From a candidate division WOR-3 bacterium (GTDB lineage: Bacteria; Hydrothermota; Tepidihabitantia; Tepidihabitantales; Tepidihabitantaceae), in NCBI GenBank assembly GCA_965649225.1, contig CBFGJX010000012.1, positions 1-64,000 of the forward strand: a stretch of DNA of 64,000 nt. The letters are read 5' to 3'. Under the pieces are notes generated by a model, which was given only the letters and a program-made list of their open reading frames with translations, made no database searches and had not been told where the DNA came from. A program made the translations under genes and the position numbers. How positions within the stretch are numbered: the first letter of the stretch is position 1; every line of letters starts with the position of its first letter. This document shows positions 46,787-56,083 of the stretch, one piece after another.

Positions 46787-47930
46787 TCAGGGTTCATCAA
46801 TACCCGACGCTGGGCGGTTGTCAAGCCGCGCTGGCCGTGTCAGCCAGGCATGGACAAACGGCTCAATGTGACCGTCCAGCACTGCCGTTACGTCGCGGCT
46901 TTCCAGCCCGGTGCGGTGGTCTTTGACGAGCTGGTAGGGAAAAAGGACATACGAACGGATTTGGTGTCCCCAGGCAATTTCGGTCTTTTCGGCTTCCAGT
47001 TTCTCCAGCTGGGCATCGCGTTTGCGTCGTTCGTGTTCGTACAGCCGGGCGCGAAGGATTTTCATCGCTGCCGTTTTGTTCTGGAGCTGGGAACGTTCGT
47101 TCTGGCAGACGACGACGATCCCGGTAGGGATGTGGGTAATGCGCACTGCCGAGCTGATCTTGTTGACATTCTGGCCGCCGTGACCGCCGGCGCGAAATGT
47201 GTCTACCTTAAGGTCATTGGGATTGATCGTCACTTCGATTTCGTCCACCTCGGGCAGAACAGAGACGGCGGCAAAACTGGTGTGGCGTCGACCAGTGGCA
47301 TCAAAAGGGGAAACACGCACGAGGCGGTGAACGCCGGACTCGGACTTCAGCAGGCCGTACGCCCATTCGCCGGTGACCTCGAGAGTGGCATCTTTGATGC
47401 CGGCTTCGTCGTTGGGTTGGTAGTCAAGCCATGACCAGCGGAGTCCCTGTGCCTCGATATACCGGGTGTACATTCGCAGCAGCATCTCGGCCCAGTCACA
47501 GGATTCAACACCACCGGCGCCGGGATGGATGGACAGTATTGCGCCACGGGCATCCTCCGGGGAGTTGAACACCGCGCGTTCTTCCAGCGCGTCGAGCTCG
47601 CGGGCGGCAGCGGCGATATTCTCCTGTAATTCCGCTGTGGCCGACGGGTCGTCGTCGTTCGAGTACAGTTCGAGGAGTTCGCGAGCAGTGGCGATTTCGG
47701 AGTCGAGGCGGTCGAGTCTTCCCAGCAGGTCACGCAGCGCCCCGATTCGGCGCATGACCGATTGGGCAGTGCGCGTGTCCGACCAGAAGCCAGGCTGGGT
47801 ACTCTGTTCGGTCAGTCGTGCCAGTTCGTCGCGACGGGCCGGCAGGTCAAAGAAACTCCCGCAGTCGCGTCAGGCGTTCAGTCAGCCGGTCAAGGTCAAG
47901 CCGCCCGGCGCGGACATCGGGGTCGGCCAT
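46787..47930 (-). CDS. prfB: Peptide chain release factor 2, programmed +1 frameshift
   Basis: ORF1 47930-47850 (27 aa) ends GGGAG TTT CTT TGA C; +1 frame has GAGG.ES.DWA.ML, SPF, GGQ. Confidence 0.96.
47846..47860 (-). promoter_or_regulatory. prfB +1 frameshift cassette
   Basis: Internal SD-like GGGAG, 3 nt, CTT TGA C. Confidence 0.95.
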
Positions 47931-47941
47931 CGGCAGCAGCC

Positions 47942-48166
47942 TTACTTCTTATCAGTCGAGGGCTGGGCAGTTCGACCGTAGCGGCGGCGGAACTTCTCAA
48001 CCCTTCCGGCGGTGTCGACGAGCTTCTGTTTGCCAGTGAAGAACGGATGGCAGGCAGAGCAGATATCGACGTGAATCGTCGACTTGGTTGAGCGCGTCTT
48101 GACCACGTTGCCGCAGGCGCAGGTTATTGTCGCATCGACATACTTGGGATGGATTTTATCTTTCAT
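47942..48166 (-). CDS. rpmE: 50S ribosomal protein L31 (zinc-binding form)
   Basis: [36 protein letters not shown]. Confidence 0.97.
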   Translation of the reverse strand: MKDKIHPKYVDATITCACGNVVKTRSTKSTIHVDICSACHPFFTGKQKLVDTAGRVEKFRRRYGRTAQPSTDKK

Positions 48167-48170
48167 GTTG

Positions 48171-49439
48171 TCAACTTTCGCTCATGGATTGCAGGAACTC
48201 TTCATTGTTTCTAGTCAGGCGCATCTTGTCAAGGACGAATTCCATCATTTCGACCGGGTTCAATTCGGCGAGCAGCTTGCGCAGAACCCAGATGCGATTG
48301 AGCTCGAATTCGCTCAATAGCAGTTCTTCCTTGCGGGTGCCGGAGCGCTGGAGGTCGATGGCGGGGAAGAGTCGTCGATCGGCCAACTTGCGGTCGAGGA
48401 TCAGTTCCATGTTGCCCGTGCCTTTGAATTCCTCGAAGATGACCTCGTCCATCCGCGAACCGGTTTCGATCAATGCCGTGGCAATGATTGTCAGACTGCC
48501 ACCTTCCTCAATGTTGCGGGCGGCGCCGAAGAACTTCTTGGGTTTCTGCAGGGCGTTTGAGTCGAGACCACCTGAAAGCGTGCGGCCGGAATGAGGCACG
48601 ACCAGGTTGTGGGCCCGCGCCAAACGGGTGATCGAGTCGAGGAGAATGACGACATCGTGCCGGTTTTCGACGAGCCGCTTGGCTTTTTCCAGCACCATGT
48701 CAGCGACCTGAACGTGACGTTCTGGAACTTCATCGAAAGTCGACGAGATCACCTCGGCCTTGACCGAACGCTCCATATCGGTGACTTCCTCGGGTCGTTC
48801 ATCGATCAGTAGGACGATCAGGGTGATTTCCGGGTGGTTGGTCGTGATTGAGTTGGCAATCTTCTGCATCAGTATCGTTTTGCCGGCACGGGGCGGTGAG
48901 ACAATCAGTCCACGTTGACCCTTGCCGATCGGGACGAACAGGTCATTGACCCGCATTGCGAAGTCGTTCTTCTCTTTGACCTCAAGCCGAATCCGCTCCT
49001 GAGGATACAACGGCGTCAGTGCGTCGAATGGTACCCGGCGTCGGTCGGCGTCAAGCGGCGCACCGTTGACGGTATCGAGTTTCAGCAGCGCATAGTAGCG
49101 TTCGCTGTTGCGCGGTGGTCGGGCTTTGCCCACGATTGTGTCGCCGGTGCGAAGACTGAAGCGCTTGATCTGCGACGGCGAGACGTAGATATCATCCGAA
49201 GAAGGCAAATAGCTGTAATCGGGCGAACGCAGAAAGCCGAAACCTTCCTCAAGTATTTCCAAGACGCCGGAGACCTCTACCCCTTCGGCATCGGGATGCT
49301 GTTTGCGTGTTTCCGCGTCCATGATGGCCATGATCAGGCCGTGCTTTTTCTTTTCGCGGTAGTCCGGGATACCCAGTGACTCGGCGAGCTCATAGAGCTC
49401 GGACATTTTCTTGGTCTTTAACTCTTCCTGATTCATCAT
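48171..49439 (-). CDS. rho: Transcription termination factor Rho
   Basis: [49 protein letters not shown] 49439 with AGGAG SD. Confidence 0.98.
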   Translation of the reverse strand: MMNQEELKTKKMSELYELAESLGIPDYREKKKHGLIMAIMDAETRKQHPDAEGVEVSGVLEILEEGFGFLRSPDYSYLPSSDDIYVSPSQIKRFSLRTGDTIVGKARPPRNSERYYALLKLDTVNGAPLDADRRRVPFDALTPLYPQERIRLEVKEKNDFAMRVNDLFVPIGKGQRGLIVSPPRAGKTILMQKIANSITTNHPEITLIVLLIDERPEEVTDMERSVKAEVISSTFDEVPERHVQVADMVLEKAKRLVENRHDVVILLDSITRLARAHNLVVPHSGRTLSGGLDSNALQKPKKFFGAARNIEEGGSLTIIATALIETGSRMDEVIFEEFKGTGNMELILDRKLADRRLFPAIDLQRSGTRKEELLLSEFELNRIWVLRKLLAELNPVEMMEFVLDKMRLTRNNEEFLQSMSES

Positions 49440-49640
49440 CGCTGTCTCCTGCGGCTCGTTTCCAATTGGCTGCTCAGGGGTTATCAGGCCTGTAGCTGGT
49501 GTTGCCGCTTTCCTTGACTGCGGGTCAACAACTCCAAGCACCGGTGACGATTCTGGCAGACAGTGGCACCGGTGAGCGGGAATTGTTTGACCGGCGAATG
49601 CTGAGCAAGCGTAGCGGGTCTTTTTCCGCTTGCTCGTAAA

Positions 49641-49668
49641 AGTATAGAAAACTGGCTAGCGGTGTCAA
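49641..49668 (-). promoter_or_regulatory. sigma70-like promoter for rho
   Basis: Minus strand TTGACA-16-TATACT. Confidence 0.75.
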
Positions 49669-49744
49669 GCACCCGTGGTTCGTCAGCTTGGATGCAGGGT
49701 CGCCGCCGGATTAATACCCGGGGCAGTGTGAGAAAGCGAAACGA

Positions 49745-52420
49745 TCAGAAATCACCCAGGCCGGAGAGATTCAGCCCAAGACATAACCGTGGGCTGAACT
49801 CGGCGGGGCGTCGCCAGTCCCAGCGCCAGATGGTCAGGTCAAGGTACAACGGTCCGAGTTTGGCCCGGACACCACAGTTCATTCGGAAACGGGGTAGTGC
49901 TCTGGTTGAATCGGTAACGTTGCCGACATCCCAGAAGAATCCGATTGGACGGACTGGTCTCAACTCGGCACCAACGTTCCAGGCGAAATGTCCGCTGACA
50001 AACTCGCCAGTCCAGCCCCGAAGGTTTGCGTCGCCGTCAAAATGCCACAGCTGCATCGGTGAAGCCCAGCCCTGGTGCCCGAGGTTTACCGGTTCATCGT
50101 CCGTTGGCAGCAGTGCGCCAGAGAGCCAGAAACGGCTCTGGCGAGGTAGATTGCCGTTGCTTGCCCCGGCAAATGCCCGCAGGTTCAAGCTGGATTGACG
50201 TGTCAGGTGCAGGGTCTGGCGCAGGTCAAGAGAAGCTTTCCACCATTCACGGGTTCCGCCAAGAGCCGGGATACCCCGGCTGACAGCCAGGTAACTGCGT
50301 GACACCAGCCACTCGGTGCGGCGGGTACGATGGGCGGTCATCCTGATCTCTGCGGTTCGGGCTGTTTCCCAGGCGCGAGGGTCGCGTCCACGGATGTCAG
50401 TCAGGTCAAGCCAGAGGTACTCTAGTCGCAAAAGCGTCCCGGCCCGGCGGAAAACCGGGCTCAGGCCGTACTCGAAACCGAGCAGAAAGTCAGATTCGAG
50501 CACAGCATATTTGCCCAGAGCGCGCAGACGCAGTTCACGCGAGGACGTCAGTGGGGTCTGGTAGGAGAATCCGGTCTGCCATTTGCCCAGTCCGACACTG
50601 TAAGTCTGGGCCAGCGACCAGGTATGACGGCCACGCAGCGGCCCGGCGTCGATGAACTGACGGCCATTGACCCAGCCTCCCAGTCGAACACCGTGGTAGG
50701 TATCCCACCACGCGTATGGTCCCCAGAAGACTTGATAGGCGTCAAAATCAGGCAAATCAATGATTGCTGAGAATCTGACCTGGCGGGGCCAGTGATTGTT
50801 CCAGCGTTCATGTTCCAGCAGCAGTCGGTCCGGATCCAGCTCGATTCGGCGCAAGCGGGCACCGATCGCCGGAGTGACGGTAGTATCGCGTCCTTGCCCG
50901 GACCAACGGATTCTTTCGGTTGCGCGGTCGTAATGCAGTTCTGCCGTTATCGGATTTTTGACACTGCCCAAGCGGCGTAGACGGAACTGCCGTCGGCCGC
51001 AGGCCAGTCCGACGACCGAGTAGTCGCAAAACCCCCGTGTTCCCAGCCAGGGGACTACAACATCGGCGATGTCGACTCCCGCAACCCGTTGGCTCAACTC
51101 CAGCAGGGTATCGACCGTAGGCGCTGGACCGGACACAAGCCAGTTGTTCATTATTGAATAATAGGCCGTTTCGCCGACTCGCCGTTCCAGTGTTGTGAAG
51201 AAAAGACCTGCGCGGGAGAAGCGGGCTTCGGCTAGATTGACGGTATTCTCGGCAAAACGGCGGGGCGGCCAGTCGATGGGTTCGAGCAGTCTGCCGACGG
51301 CCGCGGAGTAATACATCAGACGATGGAAGTATTCGACCGAGAAGGGCTTGAGCAGGGATAATTCAACCGGCAGATTCAAAAACCCGGCACGAGGATGTCG
51401 GCGGGCCATAAGTCGCATTTCTTCGAAGACCGCCGGGCCGAGTGCCAGCCAGGCGCCGGTTTCCGGGTGCGGGGTGACTTTCACCGCAAACCACTGCAGT
51501 GCCAGCTGGCGATAGAGTCTGGCCTCACGAAGCCGTGTGAACGGCACGGTCGGACTGCCCAACAGAATCAAACCCGGAAGGCTCGTGTCGGTTTCAACAA
51601 AACCGCGGCAGTCGATGATGCTTACCGGTTTCAGCGGTGGTTCCTCCCACCGACCGGCAAGTTCAGCAAGGGCGGATTCTGCCGCCGGGAACAGTTCGCG
51701 CCAGTCGTCACGAAGCTCTGGAGGAGCGTAGACGTCAAGTTCGACGTCACCAGAACCTCGGAGGGGAACAAGCCAGTCGGCTGCTGCGAGAGTAAGTGGT
51801 GGAGTATCGGTGGCCCGGAGGGTGAAAACCGTATACGTTCGTACATCAGCAGATGCGCGTTGTACGTTCGTCTGTTGCGGCAGTGGTGCGACCACAAGGG
51901 GAAACGGGACAGCCAGTTCTATCCGCCAGTCTGCGCGGGCAGGCATGCCAAAACTGCCTAGTGATGGGTCAATCATTCGGGGATGCCAGTCGGCGAGGAT
52001 GAGCAGATGCCTGGTGCCGGTGGAGGGCCGACTTCTCAGGTCGAGGCGAAACTCCAGTCTTACCGCCGTCGATTCGCCGGGGGGCAGCGGTGGCGCCAGG
52101 CAAAGATGAACTGTGTCTTCGCTTTCGGCGGTTCGGACGGCGGACGAAGCTGAAACCAGTTCCAATCGGGGTCTTTTTTCGGCCCGGTTGAACTGAAACG
52201 CGGCAGGGCGGTCGCGACGGACAAGGCAGCGGGTGGCGGTAGTGATTGCGAATTTCAACTCCGCCAGGCTGTCGGGGCCGGGGTTGGCAACGACGGCGGT
52301 CATGGCGCCAGTAATGACGCCCGATGTATCCAGGCTGGCGGTGATGTTGAATGTTGTGGCACTTGCCGATAGTGACGCAAGCGCAAACAGAAAGAGCGAG
52401 TTCCGAACCGTCGGGCCGAT
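49745..52420 (-). CDS. Secreted degenerate M1-aminopeptidase-like protein with C-terminal Omp85-like beta-barrel
   Basis: LADWHP, LYRQLALQWF and WLALGPAVFEE at HEXXH/E positions, IELDPD..LLE..RWNN, C-term amphipathic strands with NLRGW, FWDVGNV, GPLYLD; 5' end uncertain (first ATG 52303, signal peptide upstream). Confidence 0.65.
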   Translation of the reverse strand: MGPTVRNSLFLFALASLSASATTFNITASLDTSGVITGAMTAVVANPGPDSLAELKFAITTATRCLVRRDRPAAFQFNRAEKRPRLELVSASSAVRTAESEDTVHLCLAPPLPPGESTAVRLEFRLDLRSRPSTGTRHLLILADWHPRMIDPSLGSFGMPARADWRIELAVPFPLVVAPLPQQTNVQRASADVRTYTVFTLRATDTPPLTLAAADWLVPLRGSGDVELDVYAPPELRDDWRELFPAAESALAELAGRWEEPPLKPVSIIDCRGFVETDTSLPGLILLGSPTVPFTRLREARLYRQLALQWFAVKVTPHPETGAWLALGPAVFEEMRLMARRHPRAGFLNLPVELSLLKPFSVEYFHRLMYYSAAVGRLLEPIDWPPRRFAENTVNLAEARFSRAGLFFTTLERRVGETAYYSIMNNWLVSGPAPTVDTLLELSQRVAGVDIADVVVPWLGTRGFCDYSVVGLACGRRQFRLRRLGSVKNPITAELHYDRATERIRWSGQGRDTTVTPAIGARLRRIELDPDRLLLEHERWNNHWPRQVRFSAIIDLPDFDAYQVFWGPYAWWDTYHGVRLGGWVNGRQFIDAGPLRGRHTWSLAQTYSVGLGKWQTGFSYQTPLTSSRELRLRALGKYAVLESDFLLGFEYGLSPVFRRAGTLLRLEYLWLDLTDIRGRDPRAWETARTAEIRMTAHRTRRTEWLVSRSYLAVSRGIPALGGTREWWKASLDLRQTLHLTRQSSLNLRAFAGASNGNLPRQSRFWLSGALLPTDDEPVNLGHQGWASPMQLWHFDGDANLRGWTGEFVSGHFAWNVGAELRPVRPIGFFWDVGNVTDSTRALPRFRMNCGVRAKLGPLYLDLTIWRWDWRRPAEFSPRLCLGLNLSGLGDF

Positions 52421-53157
52421 TACCGTTCGCTCCAGATTTCGGTGCAGAATGCCTCGATGTCCTTGATGATCGATCTGTCAAGCCCGGGTTCGGCGAAACC
52501 GGCTGCCTGAGACTGGTTCAGTGGAGAGGACGAACCAAGGCAGAGTTTCGGCGTCCCGGCAACGGAGAGACAGCGTGACAGCGCACGGGTATAGTCGATA
52601 TATGCTGTGCGGGCGGGCGGCGGTATGTGAAGTCGGTCGAGCAGATCGTGGACCCTTTGTTCGACAATGCGGGTTCTCGCCCAGTATAGAGCAGAATCGT
52701 TGGCAAGCCGTTCGAAACGGTGTTTGCGCAATACGTGGCGAGCAGGGCGGCGGGAATGGGAGCTGGAAACCGGCTCGGGCGGTTTCGATGCGTTTTGACC
52801 TGCAGGCGGCGGGGCGGAAGACTGTCTGACTTCGGCTGATGGTTTTGATTGGGCCGGCCGCGGCTGTTGAGGGCGGGAAACGCCGGCGACCGTGGGGAGT
52901 ACGTCTGCGATATCAGGCCAGTCTGCGCCGCACGACGCCAGAACAGCGGCAATGGTGCGCAGAGTCGGGTTGGGTATTTGACCCTTTTCGAGCCGGACGA
53001 TGTACTTGTAACCGTGTGCCGGGTTGAATCCGAGTTTTTCAGAGAGTTTCATCTGCGACAGTCCGACACTGCGGCGCAGTTGGCGCAACCTCTGGCCCAA
53101 CGCCACGAGACCCTCCAGCCGGCGAGGGTCAGAAGCCACAGACTTTTTTCTGGACAT
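52420..53157 (-). CDS. XRE-family HTH protein with Pro/Ser-rich linker
   Basis: LGQRLRQLRRSVGLSQ..LS..LG..YIVRLEKG...PTLRTI. Confidence 0.8.
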   Translation of the reverse strand: MSRKKSVASDPRRLEGLVALGQRLRQLRRSVGLSQMKLSEKLGFNPAHGYKYIVRLEKGQIPNPTLRTIAAVLASCGADWPDIADVLPTVAGVSRPQQPRPAQSKPSAEVRQSSAPPPAGQNASKPPEPVSSSHSRRPARHVLRKHRFERLANDSALYWARTRIVEQRVHDLLDRLHIPPPARTAYIDYTRALSRCLSVAGTPKLCLGSSSPLNQSQAAGFAEPGLDRSIIKDIEAFCTEIWSER

Positions 53158-53170
53158 TGGTAACGGGAGG

Positions 53171-53198
53171 ATGTTAAACCGGTTGCTGAATGAGTCAA
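53171..53198 (-). promoter_or_regulatory. sigma70-like promoter for XRE gene
   Basis: Minus strand TTGACT-16-TAACAT. Confidence 0.55.
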
Positions 53199-53227
53199 GG
53201 CAACCATGGCCAGTGCTGAGCGTCTAG
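53199..53227 (+). promoter_or_regulatory. Putative ECF promoter for pal-tol operon
   Basis: GGCAACC-N16-GTCTAG, same boxes and spacing as 28120-28148. Confidence 0.55.
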
Positions 53228-53242
53228 ACGAATGTCCAGAGC

Positions 53243-53271
53243 TTGACAGTCAGGCAGCGGATGGCTAGATT
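53243..53271 (+). promoter_or_regulatory. sigma70-like promoter for pal
   Basis: TTGACA-17-TAGATT. Confidence 0.65.
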
Positions 53272-53349
53272 GACATAGTCTTCAGGGTCCGCGGAAGGAA
53301 GGCCGAGAGTTATAACTGCTAGCAGACGTGTTATGTAGGAGGAATCTTG

Positions 53350-53835
53350 ATGAAGAGAGCTGCAAAGAGTCTGGTGATTGTCCTGGGCGTTCTGCTGATA
53401 CTCGTGTCGGCAGGATGTCCCAAGAAGAAAGTCGTAACCGAAGTTACACCGCCACCGCCGCCGGAGACCGTTACTGAGCAACCGGTCGAACAACCACCGG
53501 TGACGCTTGATCTGAAGAATATCTATTTTGACTTCGACAGATCAGACATCAGACCCGGTGATGCGCGGATTCTCCAAGAGAACGCCGATAAGATCAAGGG
53601 GGCGGGCGACAGGGTGGCAGTGACGATTGAGGGCCATTGCGACCCGATCGGTACTTCGGAATACAACATGGCACTGGGCATGCGGCGGGCTGAGGCGGCC
53701 AAAGCCTATCTGGTGAATCTCGGCGTGCCGGCAACTAGACTCACCACAATCAGCTATGGTGAGGAGCGGCTTGTTACTCAGAATGAGGCTGAATATCACC
53801 TGAATCGGCGGGCTGAGTTCAAGCCTGCACGTTGA
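53350..53835 (+). CDS. pal: Peptidoglycan-associated lipoprotein, copy 1
   Basis: Lipobox SAG-C, IYFDFDRS, IEGHCD..GT.EYNMALG.RRA, ISYGEER, NRRAEF. Confidence 0.92.
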   Translation: MKRAAKSLVIVLGVLLILVSAGCPKKKVVTEVTPPPPPETVTEQPVEQPPVTLDLKNIYFDFDRSDIRPGDARILQENADKIKGAGDRVAVTIEGHCDPIGTSEYNMALGMRRAEAAKAYLVNLGVPATRLTTISYGEERLVTQNEAEYHLNRRAEFKPAR

Positions 53836-53968
53836 GAGGCAACAGTGCCGGAGTCATCAGGAAGATATCTTCCTGATGGCAATGCCGGCATCAGACCATG
53901 GTCGGTTATGCTGCAAACTACGGGTGCTGGGCCAATTGTCCAGCACCCAAGTCTAAAGAGGAGAGCTG

Positions 53969-54472
53969 ATGGTACGGAATCGTTACGGTCTGCTCGGGCT
54001 GGTTATGGCAGGTGTGGTGGCGCTTCTGGTCGCAGGCTGCCCCAAGCGCTGCGTTGAGCCGGTTGAGCCGGTACCACCTCCTCCGCCTGCGGGAAGTATC
54101 GTCGAAGAACCACTGGCCCCGGAATCGCCCGCGAGCAGTGCGACAGGGCTGCAGCCGGTCTATTTCGATTTCGACCGGTCTGAGATTCGGCCGGGCGATG
54201 CCGTGGTGATGCAGAACAATGCCGCGGCAATCAAAGGGATGCCCGGCAGTCCGACGGTAACGATTGAGGGGCACTGTGACCCGGTGGGAACCTCGGAATA
54301 CAATATGGCACTGGGCATGCGGCGGGCTGAGGCAGCCAAGGCCTATCTGATCAAGCTGGGTGTACCGGCTACCCAGTTGAGTACCGTAAGTTACGGTGAG
54401 GAGCGGCTTGTTACCCAGAACGAGGCTGAGTATCAGCTGAATCGCCGGGTCGAGTTCAAAGTTGCCCGCTAG
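53969..54472 (+). CDS. pal: Peptidoglycan-associated lipoprotein, copy 2
   Basis: Lipobox VAG-C, same OmpA-like domain motifs. Confidence 0.9.
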   Translation: MVRNRYGLLGLVMAGVVALLVAGCPKRCVEPVEPVPPPPPAGSIVEEPLAPESPASSATGLQPVYFDFDRSEIRPGDAVVMQNNAAAIKGMPGSPTVTIEGHCDPVGTSEYNMALGMRRAEAAKAYLIKLGVPATQLSTVSYGEERLVTQNEAEYQLNRRVEFKVAR

Positions 54473-54490
54473 AAGTTCCACTTCCGGATT

Positions 54491-55291
54491 GTGACGCGGA
54501 GTGGCAATTCGGCGCAGTGTCCTGCGCTGAGTATCATTTTGGCAGGCGTGGTGATCGCGGCGGTTCTGCCGGGCTGCACCCTTACTCGTGAGTACGCCAG
54601 ACGGGGGCTGCTACTTGATTCGCTGGCGGTCCGGACAGTACGGATCGAGTCTCGGCAGAACGAACTGGCGCAGGAACTGGCAGTTACCCGGGCCGAGGTT
54701 TCACGGCAACTGAATCAGACCATTGACCGCCTGGATGCAATTTCCGCCCGACTGGAGGAAACCGAGAACCGGTTGACCCGAATCAGTCTGCGGCTTGGGC
54801 TCGGGCGCGGCAATCTGACTCCTGCACCGGCAGAAGGTGACACACCGAGGCTGAAGCAGTCACAGCCGGCGCCGGTTCGCCGCGACACCATTGCGTTGCC
54901 CGCTGGCGGCAGCCCGGACCCGGTGAAGATGTACGATGCCGCCTATTTCGATTTCACGCGTGGCAAGTACGAGGTTGCCATCAACGGTTTCGAGCAGTTT
55001 ATCAGCCAGTTTCCTGCCAGTGACAACGCTGACAACGCCCGCTACTGGATCGGTGAGTGTTACTATTCCATGAACGACCTTGAGCGGGCGCGAGCCGAGT
55101 TTGCCCGGGTGCTGCGTGAGTATCCGGACGGAAACAAAGTGCCGGCTGCCACCTACAAACTGGGCATGGTCGAACTCGGTCTGGGTCGCCGCGAGGAGGC
55201 GCGACGCTGGTTTGACGAGGTTATTCGAAAGTATCCTGGAACTCCCGAAGCCCGGCTTGCTGAGGACAAACTGCTGAGGCTGGAGGACTAG
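54491..55291 (+). CDS. cpoB: CpoB/YbgF TPR protein of Tol-Pal system
   Basis: Coiled coil then YDAAY..GKY..AI.GF..F..FP.S..ADNARYWIGECYY, YP.GNKVP.A..KLG. Confidence 0.88.
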   Translation: MTRSGNSAQCPALSIILAGVVIAAVLPGCTLTREYARRGLLLDSLAVRTVRIESRQNELAQELAVTRAEVSRQLNQTIDRLDAISARLEETENRLTRISLRLGLGRGNLTPAPAEGDTPRLKQSQPAPVRRDTIALPAGGSPDPVKMYDAAYFDFTRGKYEVAINGFEQFISQFPASDNADNARYWIGECYYSMNDLERARAEFARVLREYPDGNKVPAATYKLGMVELGLGRREEARRWFDEVIRKYPGTPEARLAEDKLLRLED

Positions 55292-56010
55292 TGCCGCCGA
55301 TGCCTGACCAGGGGGGCGGTTTGCTGGGGCCATTCGTCAATGCCGGCATCTTTGCCCAGGCCGTAATTATCCTGCTGCTGGTAATGTCGGTGGTGTCGTG
55401 GGCGGTGGCAATCCGCAAACTACGGCAGCTCAGCCGGGCACGGCGTGCGACGCGCCGGTTTCTGCAGGCATTTGGCTATCGTCGGCGGCTGGGCGACCAT
55501 GCGCGACTGGCAGAGGAGTATGCCGATTCACCGCTTGTGGCGCTGCTCGTTGCCGGAACCCGGGAATGGCTGATGCTGCGCGATGAGTACCGGGGGGCGA
55601 AAGTGGCCGATGTCCTGCAGCAGTTGATGCCGAACATCACCGAGGCGATGGAACGTGCGGCATCACTTGAGTCGGACAAACTGCAGGGGGCGATGCCGGT
55701 TCTGGCCATTACGACGATGGTCGCGCCATTCCTTGGTCTGCTGGGAACTGTCCAGGGTGTGTTGCGGACTTTCCTTAGTCTGCGGGGAGCAACCATGCCT
55801 ACGCTGCAGACAATTGCGCCCGGCATCTCCGATGCGCTGGTTACGACGGTAATGGGGCTGCTGGTAGCGATTCCGGCGGCGCTGTTCTACAACTACCTGG
55901 TTGCCAGGTCATCGGACCTGCAGTCGGAGATGGAAAGGTTTGCTTCGGAGCTGACCGGAATCATCCGGCGCGAGATTGCCCAACCCAAGAGCTCAGGGGC
56001 TGAGGATTGA
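55291..56010 (+). CDS. tolQ: TolQ/ExbB proton channel
   Basis: LL.MSVVSWAV, APFLGLLGTV.G, IAPGISDALVTT.MGL.VAIPA..YN. Confidence 0.9.
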   Translation: MPPMPDQGGGLLGPFVNAGIFAQAVIILLLVMSVVSWAVAIRKLRQLSRARRATRRFLQAFGYRRRLGDHARLAEEYADSPLVALLVAGTREWLMLRDEYRGAKVADVLQQLMPNITEAMERAASLESDKLQGAMPVLAITTMVAPFLGLLGTVQGVLRTFLSLRGATMPTLQTIAPGISDALVTTVMGLLVAIPAALFYNYLVARSSDLQSEMERFASELTGIIRREIAQPKSSGAED

Positions 56011-56083
56011 GCAACGGTGATGCGCAGGCGACCGGTTGGCTGCGGTCCGTAGGCATTTTGGAAATGCATTCGGCGGTGGCGAC

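Noticed and set aside
53282..53305. SRP RNA-like string TCAGGGTCCGCGGAAGGAAGG
   Set aside because: Lacks the AGCAG element and flanking long helix; sits in the pal leader
53929..53956. GTCTAA before pal2 as a further ECF promoter
   Set aside because: No properly spaced AAC -35 box
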